A stretch of 17,492 nucleotides of DNA from Pseudomonadota bacterium (GCA_037142195.1 JBAXBA010000078.1:1-17492); one strand, 5' to 3'; positions 8,032-16,596 are shown, counted from the first letter of the stretch. Notes: generated by a model from the sequence alone, not told the origin. Made by a program: numbers and translations.

Positions 8032-9366
8032 ATGGAGCCAACAGAGCCCCAATATTCTACGACAACAAAATTGGCAAGGATAGCTTGGCTGTCTGAACGC
8101 GACCCCTTAAAGAAGTTTGATGCCCTAATGCATCTTTTCAATAAGGAGTCGCTTACAGCGTGTTTCCACGAGCTGGATGGAAAGAAGGCAGTGGGATACG
8201 ACAAAGTGAGTAAAGATGAGTATGGTGAGAAGCTAGACGAGAACCTTGAAGTCCTTTTAGAGAAGATGAAAAAGATGGCCTACCGTCCAGGACCGGTGCG
8301 AGAAGTACTGATCCCGAAGGAAGGTAAAGCCGGATCTTTTCGTCCTCTTGGAATTGGGAACTTCGAGGACAAGTTAGTTCAGAAGATGACGGCAAAGATC
8401 CTGGAAAGTATATTTGAGCCAACCTTTCTTGACTGCTCCTACGGGTTCAGGCCGGGACTTGGTTGCCACGATGCGATCAGAGGTCTTAACGGCTATCTCT
8501 ACACTAACAAAGTGGAGACTGTAATAGATGTCGACTTGGCAAACTTCTTTGGGACTATCGGAAGTGGCCTGGTAAACGATGCCCTTAAGCAGCGGATTAA
8601 CGATGAACGATTTCTGCGGTACATTCAGCGGATGTTTAAAGCCGGGGTGCTTTCTCAGGGTGAACTCACTATAAGCGACGAAGGGGTGCCGCAGGGATCT
8701 CCCGCGAGTCCTATCCTAGCCAATATAGTGGCTCATTATGTGATCGATCACTGGTTTGAAAACACGGTAAAGAAGCACTGCAAAGGAAAAGTCGCCATTT
8801 TCAGGTACTGCGACGATCTGGTCATTTGTTGTCAATACAGCTCCGATGCGATCCGAATTCATAAAGGACTTGGAAACCGCCTGACGAAGTATGGACTAAA
8901 ACTTAACGAAGAGAAGACGCGAATGGTCAGCTTTTCCAAAGAGAAGCAAGATCGCGGGATAAAGCAAGAAAGTTTTGACTTTCTGGGCTTTACCTTCTTC
9001 CTCGGCAAGTCCACGAAAGGATTTGTTATTCCCAAGTTGAAAACGAGTCGCAAGCGACTCATTAGTAAACTGAAGAATGTTACATCCTGGATGAGGGCCA
9101 ATCGGAGCAGGAAGAGACTCCCTGATTTATGGAAAACCTTCTGTTCGAAAGTCAGAGGACACGTTGCCTTCTATGGGGTGTCCTTTAATCAACGAGGGGT
9201 ATCCAGGTTCATCTTCGCAGCTACACGTATCTTCTTCAAATGGCTTAACAAGCGCGGCGGAAGAAAACTCTTGAATTGGGACAAATTTAACCTCTTCATG
9301 AAGCGTAATCCTCCGCCCAAAGTCATAATCCATCACAAACTCTTCATGTTACAGACAAGCAAATGA
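8032..9366 (+). CDS. ltrA: Group II intron reverse transcriptase/maturase (no endonuclease domain)
   Basis: RT0-7 motifs: KKAVGYD, YRPGPVREVLIPK, RPLGIGNFEDKLVQ, SYGFRPG, DVDLANFFGTI, GVPQGSPASPILAN, RYCDD, GLKLNEEKT, FDFLGFTF. Thumb/X domain (VRGHVAFYG..FFKWLNKRG). The 444-aa protein ends without an HNH domain. AAGGAA RBS upstream. Confidence 0.95.
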   Translation: MEPTEPQYSTTTKLARIAWLSERDPLKKFDALMHLFNKESLTACFHELDGKKAVGYDKVSKDEYGEKLDENLEVLLEKMKKMAYRPGPVREVLIPKEGKAGSFRPLGIGNFEDKLVQKMTAKILESIFEPTFLDCSYGFRPGLGCHDAIRGLNGYLYTNKVETVIDVDLANFFGTIGSGLVNDALKQRINDERFLRYIQRMFKAGVLSQGELTISDEGVPQGSPASPILANIVAHYVIDHWFENTVKKHCKGKVAIFRYCDDLVICCQYSSDAIRIHKGLGNRLTKYGLKLNEEKTRMVSFSKEKQDRGIKQESFDFLGFTFFLGKSTKGFVIPKLKTSRKRLISKLKNVTSWMRANRSRKRLPDLWKTFCSKVRGHVAFYGVSFNQRGVSRFIFAATRIFFKWLNKRGGRKLLNWDKFNLFMKRNPPPKVIIHHKLFMLQTSK

Positions 9367-9375
9367 TTTGATCAG

Positions 9376-9448
9376 GAGCCCGTTGCCTTAGTAGGGCACG
9401 ACGGGTTCTCATTGGGGGTGTGCTAGGCGACTAGCGCATCTACCACCT
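9376..9448 (+). ncRNA. Group II intron catalytic domain V and branch domain VI
   Basis: DV is GAGCCCGTTGCCTT-AGTA-GGGCACGACGGGTTC, with AGC triad (9377-9379) and AC bulge. DVI is TGGGGGTGTGCTAG-GCGA-CTAGCGCATCT(A)CCA, with a GNRA loop and bulged A at 9442. Confidence 0.93.
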
Positions 9449-9531
9449 CAGGCTGGGGGGCACGAGTTTGAGTCAGTCGATTTCATGGGTGGCCCTCTGA
9501 AGAATCATTTCCATCGACTTAACTTTGTGTC

Positions 9532-9566
9532 CCTTTTAGCTATTGTGCTATAAAAAGGCATTTTTG
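9532..9566 (+). terminator. Possible weak intrinsic terminator-like hairpin downstream of the intron
   Basis: Imperfect AT-rich stem CCTTTTAGC-TATTGT-GCTATAAAAAGG followed by CATTTTTG. Confidence 0.2.
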
Positions 9567-9803
9567 TGATCTCTAGGGTAAGTTCCATAGATTCTCGAAA
9601 ACTGAGTATCAACCGGAGACTCACATCTTTGGCTAATAAAACGGCAGTTTGATATTTCGCTGCTTTTTTTCCATTGCGAGATTGTCTAGTATCTTCTTTT
9701 TCTACTCTTCTGAATCCGCAGCTTAAACTTATTGGAAATTCTCTTAGAAGTCACTGGTAGCAGGCTAGGGAAGCGTATAGACTGTCTAAAAATCGGAGCC
9801 TAA

Positions 9804-12800
9804 ATGTCCCTTACCCTCATCGTAGCAGAGAAGCCTTCCGTAGCTAAGGATCTTGCTAGGGTATTGGGACTTAAGGGTAAAGCTCCAGATCACTTTCATG
9901 GGATGTATCAAGGGCAGGTTTTTCAAGTTTCATGGGCTGTTGGACATTTAGTGGGCATAGCTGAGCCAGAGATCATGAATCCCCTTTGGAAGGCATGGAA
10001 TCAGAAGAGCCTTCCCATGATTCCCCGAGAGTGGCGCCTTCAGGTCATAGACTCAGGCAAATCCCAATTTAAAAAACTTTGTTCTCTATTTAATCAGAAA
10101 GATCTTAGGCATGTGATTTGTGCAACGGATGCCGGTCGTGAGGGTGAGCTTATATTTCGCTATATAGCTGACGCAGCCAAGTTGAGAGTGCCTGTGACCC
10201 GCCTTTGGATTTCTTCGCTTACCGATGAAGCAATTTTAAAAGGGATGAAGGTCCTTCGTCCTCAAAAAGATTTCGATCATTTGTACGAGTCAGCTCGCTG
10301 CCGAAGCCGAGCAGACTGGCTTGTCGGCATGAACTTTACCCGCTACTACACTTTAGGATCAGGCAAACTTTTTTCAGTCGGGCGCGTTCAAACACCGACA
10401 TTGGCGCTGATTGCTAAAAGAACCGCCGAAGTCGAGAGGTTCTCCTCCCAGGCCTATTATGAAATTTTGGCAAAATTTACTCACGCGGTGGAGACGGGGT
10501 ATTATTTAGGTTGTCTTAAAGAGATCCTATCCTTTCCAGAAAAGTCGGCTATCCGGCAGCTTGCGGATGAGGCCCCTCCCGTCGTAGGTCAAGAGTCTTC
10601 GAAAACTAAGAAAAATAGTTTTAAGTTTGTTGATTTGGCGAGTTGTCAGTCTATAGAGACAGATCTAGCTGGTGCGACCGGCTTGATCGCTAGCTCAGAT
10701 ACGAAGCTAAAATCCATCCCTCCTCCGGAGCTTTTTGATTTGACGGAGCTTCAGCGCGAGGCCAATAAGCGGTTTCATTTTACGGCCGATAAGACTTTAA
10801 AGTTGGCTCAGGCCCTTTATGAAAGACATAAAGTCATTTCCTATCCCAGGACGGATTCAAGGCATCTTACAGAGGATGTTGCGAAAGACTTAGTGAAGCG
10901 CATGGAGCAGGTAAAGGGAGAGTATCCAGGATTAGATTTTGAATTTAAAATTCCTGGTTCTAGATATATCAATCCTGCGAAGGTGACCGACCATCACGCG
11001 ATCATCCCCGTAGCAAAATCCGGTGCTTTAAGTGGAGACGAGAGACGTCTCTTTGATCTTATCTTTGCAAGATCCCTGCAAATCTTTTTATCTCCTAGGT
11101 TAGTTCATGAAAGCCGCATTGTGACGGATGTTTTGGGCCTACAGGGATCCTATGTTTTTCACTCGCAGTCGACTCACGAAATCGATCCCGGTTGGACTGC
11201 CCTCGAAAAACAATTTTTTACTCTAAAAAGCGCCGCCAGGCGTTCTCCAAAGGGTGAGGGAACCTTACATTCCGAAAGTTCCGACATGGAATCTGAAGCG
11301 GAAAATTTTCAGGTTCCTTCTTGGGCTCTTCCCCAGGAAAAGGTAAAGGGAATCTACCGTATCGAGAAAAAGCAGACGACTCCCCCAAAGCTCTATACGG
11401 ATGCTAGTCTCCTTTCCGCTATGGAGTACTGTGGACGAACTGTGGAAGATCAACAGTTAAAGGAGGCGCTTAAGGCATCAGGGATTGGTACACCGGCGAC
11501 AAGAGCTCAAACCATTGAGCTTCTCATCACTCGAAAATATGTGACAAGAAAAGGAAAAGCTCTTCTGGTGACCCACCTCGGACAAGACCTTATCGGAATG
11601 GTTCATCCTAGCTTAAAAAGCGTGGAGCTAACGGGAAGTTTTGAAAAAGGTTTAGAGTTAGTGCGCCAGGGCAAGGTTTCCAGTGAGGAATTTGAGGAGA
11701 AAATACGCCTTTTAATCACTCGCATCCTTCCTTTCGAGGGAGCGGAGCAGAACCGGCCCATGCCTCATTCCATGCCTCATTCCATGTCTTTGGCATTGGA
11801 GGCCCAGGGAGGGAGTCTCTATTCTAAACCCCAAGCATCTTCTCAAAGAGCCTCAAAATCAGATGACTTGGAAAATCTGGGAGAAACGGATTCAAGAAGT
11901 CTTGCCAGCAGAAAAGAAACCACTACCAGAGCCTCTCGCGGCTCAAGCGCTCATCCGATGACTTTGAAATCTGAAAGTTCTTCAGAATTTCTAGAGCCTC
12001 AGCAAAAGAGGCAGTTGGAGTCGTCGCATCGTGTACGAACAAGTGAGAGCTCTCCCTCCAGGGGGAATTCGGTCTCTGCACTCGCCACAGAAGGTAGAGC
12101 GCCCCTAGAAATACTCACCAAAGTGTTTGGTTTGGACGGATTTCGGACAGGCCAAGATGAAGTCATTTCAGCTTTGATGCAAGGGCGCGATGCTTTAGTT
12201 TTAATGCCCACAGGTGGAGGAAAAAGTCTTTGCTTTCAGATTCCAGGACTGGCAAAACCTGGGGTAGCTTTAGTCATCTCACCCCTGCTGGCTTTAATGG
12301 ACGATCAAGTGAGGCGGCTTCGCCTTCATGGTATAGCAGCCTTTGCTCTCCATTCAGGACTTTCTCGTGACGAACAATTTGATCTTTGGCAAAGACTCGA
12401 GCAGGGCCAGGTGAAGTTTCTTTTTGTTTCGCCAGAAAAAATGGCGAGTGCCAGTTTTCGAAGCAAGATCTTAAGTCAAAAGTTGTCTTTAGTAGCCATA
12501 GATGAAGCCCATTGTGTTTCCCAGTGGGGACATGATTTTAGGCCTGACTATAGAGAGTTTCCTAAATGGATTCAAGAGGTCAGGCCGGCACCGGTGATTG
12601 CCTTAACGGCCACAGCGACCCAAAAGGTAAGCCTCGACATCGCAAAGGTTTTGAATTTAAGTCAGCCCTTGATTCATGTGGGTGGCTTTTATCGGCACAA
12701 TTTGGCGATCGAAGTTCACGATGTTTCCAAATCGGATCGCATTTTTATTGCACAAAAACGACTCCAAGAAAAGAATAGTCTTCCTGCCATAGTTTATGTT

Positions 12801-13889
12801 TCTTCAAGAAAAGACACCGAGTTGTACGCGACCTTTCTCGGTAAAACGTTTCGTTCGGCTCCCTATCATGCAGGGATGACCGCTGAAAGGCGCAACTCAG
12901 TACAAGCTGATTTTATAGAAAGCCGTATTGATATCGTTGTCGCGACAGTCGCCTTTGGAATGGGAATCGATAAGTCAAACATTAGAACGGTCATTCATAT
13001 GAGTCTGCCTTCTAGTATAGAGTCTTATTATCAAGAAATTGGCCGAGCTGGTCGTGACGGAGAACATTCTCGATGTCTTCTTTTAAAGTCAAAAGAAGAT
13101 CGAGATGTTTTAGATTGGATGTACCGAGAAAACTATCCGAGCATTGCTGTTTTGGAAAAGACTTTGAAGTCATTTTCGCGAGATTCTGGGGAAGATAAAA
13201 GTAAGCACTCCTACTTAGATAAGCTTTTGATTCATGGCGCAATTTTTAGAACGAACGAAGGTAAGTATGAGATCAGTTCTTCTCCTGCTTGGAAAACCAG
13301 CTATCTCAAGCAAGCAGATGCCAGGTCTGAGCAAATAAGAGCGATTGAAGGATTTGCGGGTGTGGGATCGACCTGTAGGATGGTGAAACTCACTTCCTAT
13401 TTTGGACAAAGTGAACAAATACCTTGCCAAATCTGTGACTTATGTACGGGGGCAGTGAAGCTTGCAAGTCCCAGAGGCCAGGACCTTGGATTTCATATCA
13501 TGGACTATATACGTAGGTATGGGAAAACCGCCTTTGGAAAACTTAAAGGCGAGTTGGCCAAGGGTCACAAGGTAGCTCATTCTACTTTTGAATCTATTCT
13601 CCAAGGGATGGCTTTAGATGGTTTTTTGAAGATAGAAGAAGAAACTTTTATGGCAGGTGGTAAGAAAATATTTTATCGTTCCGTTGCGGTTGGGCCCAAA
13701 GCATCTCAATTCTCTAGCGAAAATCCCCCTCAAATTCATCGTCAAAGTTTTGAAGAGCTCTCTTACAGTAGCTTTACTTCCAAATCGCCCAAAAAAGGAA
13801 AAAGAAAATCCTATAGATCGAAGGCTACGGCTTCGTCTCTTATGGTTAAGCGTGTCTTAAAGAAAAGTGCAAAACCTAAAAAAACCTAG
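9804..13889 (+). CDS. topB-recQ: DNA topoisomerase III - RecQ family ATP-dependent DNA helicase fusion protein
   Basis: GGAG RBS. N-terminal ~640 aa: Toprim AEKPS and ATDAGREGE, SVGRVQTPTL, catalytic ISYPRTDS (Tyr347), DHHAIIP, and a Topo III-type loop before GIGTPATRA. Ser/charged linker at aa ~645-765. RecQ core: FRTGQ, MPTGGGKSLCFQ (M801), DEAH (D900), SQWGHDFRPDY, ALTATAT, YHAGM, ATVAFGMGIDK, YYQEIGRAGRDG. Zn module CR..YFG..CQICDLC, a winged-helix-like segment and a basic tail. Confidence 0.95.
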   Translation: MSLTLIVAEKPSVAKDLARVLGLKGKAPDHFHGMYQGQVFQVSWAVGHLVGIAEPEIMNPLWKAWNQKSLPMIPREWRLQVIDSGKSQFKKLCSLFNQKDLRHVICATDAGREGELIFRYIADAAKLRVPVTRLWISSLTDEAILKGMKVLRPQKDFDHLYESARCRSRADWLVGMNFTRYYTLGSGKLFSVGRVQTPTLALIAKRTAEVERFSSQAYYEILAKFTHAVETGYYLGCLKEILSFPEKSAIRQLADEAPPVVGQESSKTKKNSFKFVDLASCQSIETDLAGATGLIASSDTKLKSIPPPELFDLTELQREANKRFHFTADKTLKLAQALYERHKVISYPRTDSRHLTEDVAKDLVKRMEQVKGEYPGLDFEFKIPGSRYINPAKVTDHHAIIPVAKSGALSGDERRLFDLIFARSLQIFLSPRLVHESRIVTDVLGLQGSYVFHSQSTHEIDPGWTALEKQFFTLKSAARRSPKGEGTLHSESSDMESEAENFQVPSWALPQEKVKGIYRIEKKQTTPPKLYTDASLLSAMEYCGRTVEDQQLKEALKASGIGTPATRAQTIELLITRKYVTRKGKALLVTHLGQDLIGMVHPSLKSVELTGSFEKGLELVRQGKVSSEEFEEKIRLLITRILPFEGAEQNRPMPHSMPHSMSLALEAQGGSLYSKPQASSQRASKSDDLENLGETDSRSLASRKETTTRASRGSSAHPMTLKSESSSEFLEPQQKRQLESSHRVRTSESSPSRGNSVSALATEGRAPLEILTKVFGLDGFRTGQDEVISALMQGRDALVLMPTGGGKSLCFQIPGLAKPGVALVISPLLALMDDQVRRLRLHGIAAFALHSGLSRDEQFDLWQRLEQGQVKFLFVSPEKMASASFRSKILSQKLSLVAIDEAHCVSQWGHDFRPDYREFPKWIQEVRPAPVIALTATATQKVSLDIAKVLNLSQPLIHVGGFYRHNLAIEVHDVSKSDRIFIAQKRLQEKNSLPAIVYVSSRKDTELYATFLGKTFRSAPYHAGMTAERRNSVQADFIESRIDIVVATVAFGMGIDKSNIRTVIHMSLPSSIESYYQEIGRAGRDGEHSRCLLLKSKEDRDVLDWMYRENYPSIAVLEKTLKSFSRDSGEDKSKHSYLDKLLIHGAIFRTNEGKYEISSSPAWKTSYLKQADARSEQIRAIEGFAGVGSTCRMVKLTSYFGQSEQIPCQICDLCTGAVKLASPRGQDLGFHIMDYIRRYGKTAFGKLKGELAKGHKVAHSTFESILQGMALDGFLKIEEETFMAGGKKIFYRSVAVGPKASQFSSENPPQIHRQSFEELSYSSFTSKSPKKGKRKSYRSKATASSLMVKRVLKKSAKPKKT
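11758..11786 (+). repeat. 12-bp in-frame tandem repeat (2.4 copies) in the TopB-RecQ linker
   Basis: CCATGCCTCATT CCATGCCTCATT CCATG, encoding MPHS-MPHS-M. Confidence 0.85.
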
Positions 13890-14614
13890 TCTACTTTAAG
13901 TTGCACGTTACGTTTGGCGCCTTCACGTAGAACTTCGACATCAATGGAAGGTGCTTCCCGAAGGGAATTTAAAAGCTTAATAGCGCCCGGAATACTATTC
14001 ATGGGAATGCCATTTACCGAAGTAATGACATCACTGTCGACGAAGCCGCCTTTTGCAAAAATGGAGTCTTGATCAATTTGAGTGAGACTAAAACCAACAA
14101 TCATGCCGTCTTGATAGTGGGGGAGTGCCGTCGCTTGCATTAAGATCTTTTGTAAATCTTGTTTAATCATTTTATCTCTGTAGCTTGCCGTCATCTTCAC
14201 TTTAATATCACCCGAGCCTGGGTCATTTCTCTCAAAACCATCTTCGCGGTAATTTCCCCCGCGTGGTGCTGCTGCCCCTGGGACTCTCGCCACTTGTTGT
14301 CTTTTGCCCTCACTGGCAAACTTATCCTGCCAAACCTGCAATCGTTCTTTGCCATCAGTGACTACCACATATTTTTGGTCAATAGAAATGAGAAGCCAGT
14401 TGTCAATCTTACCCTCTAGCTTGTAGGCATTGACGCGGCCAGACTTTTGTTTGACTAGGACCACGCTTTTGGAGGGATCCTGACTCACGATGGTCCCCAT
14501 AATCGCAAATCCGGCATCATCAGAAGAAAGAAATCTTTCGGCAGCAAAGGCTAGCGAAGCGAGGACCATCCATAATTGAACCAAAATGAGCAATTTCCAC
14601 CTCTTTTGACGCAT
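13886..14614 (-). CDS. Type II secretion protein C (GspC)-like PDZ-domain protein
   Basis: N-terminal basic plus hydrophobic segment. HR-like domain (IMGTIVS..SVVLVK..NAYKLEGKI..LISIDQKYVVV..GKERL). C-terminal PDZ (IVGFSLTQIDQDSIFAKGGFVDSDVITSVNGIPM..IDVEVLREG). Its stop overlaps the topB-recQ stop at CTAG 13886-13889. Confidence 0.75.
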   Translation of the reverse strand: MRQKRWKLLILVQLWMVLASLAFAAERFLSSDDAGFAIMGTIVSQDPSKSVVLVKQKSGRVNAYKLEGKIDNWLLISIDQKYVVVTDGKERLQVWQDKFASEGKRQQVARVPGAAAPRGGNYREDGFERNDPGSGDIKVKMTASYRDKMIKQDLQKILMQATALPHYQDGMIVGFSLTQIDQDSIFAKGGFVDSDVITSVNGIPMNSIPGAIKLLNSLREAPSIDVEVLREGAKRNVQLKVD

Positions 14615-14809
14615 TTTTAGCTAAATATAAGGCCTGCGCAGAGGAAGGTCTTAAAGTAGCTCAAAAGCCAACCCATGAGCTAAGGATCGAACCATAGGAA
14701 CTATGATATGGGGTTTTAGCGCTGGTGTCAAAAATCGTTCTTTTGAATAAATGAGTGGCGTGGGTCCCAAGTTTAGGGGAAAATGTCTCGACGCCTGTAG
14801 GAGAATAAA

Positions 14810-15505
14810 ATGGATATCACACGAAAGAGTATTCGTAAGGTTTTGAATCAAAAAATTCACCATTTAAATGACATCATTGCAGATATGGATGCTTTGTTAA
14901 CAAGCATGGAAACCGAATTCTATCGGGTCTGTATTTTCGGGTCAGCAAGGATTAAGCCAGACTCCGAGCTCTATCAACAAGCCTATAGGCTAGCTTCTGA
15001 GCTTTCCAAAAGAGGAGTTGATATTGTAACAGGGGGCGGGCCTGGATTGATGGAAGCAGCCAACAAGGCCTCTAAAGATGTGGGGCAAAAAGGCCGCTCG
15101 ATTGGCCTGCCTATTGAGCTACCCTTTGAGTCAGATGCCAATAGCCATTTAGACGTCAAACTTCATCATCGAAGATTTTCATCGCGCTTAGATGAGTTTA
15201 TGCGCATCAGCCATGCGGTCGTGGTCACGCCAGGAGGAATCGGGACGGTTTTAGAGCTTTTTTATACCTGGCAACTTATGCAAGTCAATCATATCAATCC
15301 TCGTCCTATTATCTTGATGGGAGACATGTGGGATGATCTTCTGGATTGGATGAAAGAGTGGCCCCTCGCAGAACATTTGATGTCGGAAAAGGACTTTGAT
15401 CATATTATGGTCTGTAGAACGGTAGAGGACGTCATGGCTATATTGGAGCCCAAAATGGAGGCGTTTCGAGTGAACGCCCCCAAACCGAACAGCCATATCG
15501 AGTAA
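14810..15505 (+). CDS. LOG family protein (TIGR00730-like nucleotide monophosphate phosphoribohydrolase)
   Basis: AGGAG RBS. VCIFGSAR, IVTGGGPGLMEAANK, SIGLPIELPFE and PGGIGTVLE (PGGxGTxxE motif). Confidence 0.93.
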   Translation: MDITRKSIRKVLNQKIHHLNDIIADMDALLTSMETEFYRVCIFGSARIKPDSELYQQAYRLASELSKRGVDIVTGGGPGLMEAANKASKDVGQKGRSIGLPIELPFESDANSHLDVKLHHRRFSSRLDEFMRISHAVVVTPGGIGTVLELFYTWQLMQVNHINPRPIILMGDMWDDLLDWMKEWPLAEHLMSEKDFDHIMVCRTVEDVMAILEPKMEAFRVNAPKPNSHIE

Positions 15506-15636
15506 GTGTCGCTCTAACCTGCTGTATTTTAAGGATTAAAATATTCCATTGAAACCCGCCGCGAGCTTCAGTATGTTAGCTGGTGCCTGCTATAGGGCGG
15601 GCAGTAAAAGGGGCTTTTGTGGCGCAGTCAGGACAG

Positions 15637-16596
15637 ATGAAAAAGAATCTTGAGCTTAAGTTCATCAAAAGACTTATTATTTTTGTCATGCTAGCTCTGG
15701 CTTCCACGTCCGTTCTGCGTTTTTTTCTAAACCGTAATTTAAACTCCGATAAAATAGTTATCGATGATGATGGCTCAGCCCATGTCATTGGTAAAGAAAT
15801 TCCTCCGTCTCCTGCGGTTTCGAATTCAAATTCCAAAAGAAATAGAGCTCCCACGAAACAAGAATCCAAGTCCTCTGATGACAGCTATAAAGAAGCCATG
15901 GCCTTTATAGAGGCGGGTGACTATCAGTCTGCCAAAGAACGTTTAGAAGCCATTATTAAAGACAATCCTGACCACCTCAAAGCGCTCACTGAGCTTGGGA
16001 TGGTGTATCTCATCGATTTACGCCAGCCCGACATGGCCCTTCCTCTATTTGAAAAAGTCATAAGCGCGGACCCTTCGAATCAACTCGTTGTCAATGAACT
16101 TATTGGTGTCTATGAAGAGCTCGGTCGCCAAGAAGAAGGAGTAGGTTTCCTTCAGGGTTTAATGGAAAAGAATCCCGAAAACTCAGCTGTAAGTTTAGGT
16201 TTAGGGCAAATCTTTTTAGGGCAGAATCGTACCGGAGATGCCATTCCTTATCTAGAAAAGTCTATTCAATATGGTACCCAGCCCGACTATGTGTATATGG
16301 ATTTAGGGGATGCTTATTCTAAGCAGGGACAAAGGGAAAAGGCGATTGATGTTTATCGTCAGGCTGTTGATATGGCGGATAGACGTCTTGTGGAATCGTC
16401 TTCAGATCAGGGTTTAAAGCAAATCAATGAGGATATGCTTCAAAGAAACTTGCTCAATTACGCTAGGGAGCTTGGTAACTTTGGTCGGTATGATGAAGCT
16501 ACTCAGGCCCTACAAAGAATCATTCAGCAGTCTCCGAACCACCAAGGCGCCTTGGCTGAGATGAAACGTTTTCAGGCTCTGAAGCGCGGCGGCTAG
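15637..16596 (+). CDS. Membrane-anchored tetratricopeptide repeat (TPR) protein
   Basis: Likely start ATG 15637 (AGGA upstream; the ORF track uses GTG 15583). N-terminal hydrophobic helix (LIIFVMLALASTSVL), a low-complexity linker, then about six TPR-like units (ALTELGMVY..ALPLFEKVISADP, LGLGQIF..AIPYLEK, YMDLGDAY..AIDVYRQA). Confidence 0.85.
   Translation: MKKNLELKFIKRLIIFVMLALASTSVLRFFLNRNLNSDKIVIDDDGSAHVIGKEIPPSPAVSNSNSKRNRAPTKQESKSSDDSYKEAMAFIEAGDYQSAKERLEAIIKDNPDHLKALTELGMVYLIDLRQPDMALPLFEKVISADPSNQLVVNELIGVYEELGRQEEGVGFLQGLMEKNPENSAVSLGLGQIFLGQNRTGDAIPYLEKSIQYGTQPDYVYMDLGDAYSKQGQREKAIDVYRQAVDMADRRLVESSSDQGLKQINEDMLQRNLLNYARELGNFGRYDEATQALQRIIQQSPNHQGALAEMKRFQALKRGG

Larger units (their letters stand above)
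7556..9448 (+). mobile_element. Group II intron, apparently full length (~1.9 kb); IIB-type, bacterial class E-like (class tentative)
   Basis: 5' end GTGCG at 7556-7560. DI hallmarks GGGTTAGAATCCC, CAAGCGT and GAGCCTCG..CCGGGGTC. J2/3-DIII-like GAGAAGTCAGA..GTAGTA..GGGAAAGCC..GGGGAAGG at ~7938-7996. RT ORF in DIV, DV at 9376-9408, DVI with bulged A9442. The exact 3' nucleotide is uncertain (9446-9449). Confidence 0.92.

Noticed and set aside
7662..8052. Minus-strand ORFs 7662-7901 and 7801-8052
   Set aside because: Antisense to the structured intron RNA domains I-III.
8032..9366. RT as a retron, DGR, CRISPR-associated or Abi defence RT
   Set aside because: It is flanked by GTGCG and canonical DV/DVI and has RT0 and X domains. 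No msr/msd, TR/VR pair, cas1 or array is visible.
9804..13889. Reverse gyrase
   Set aside because: The domain order is reversed, the helicase has RecQ-specific motifs (HDFRPDY, GMGIDK, Zn module), and there is no N-terminal reverse-gyrase Zn finger.
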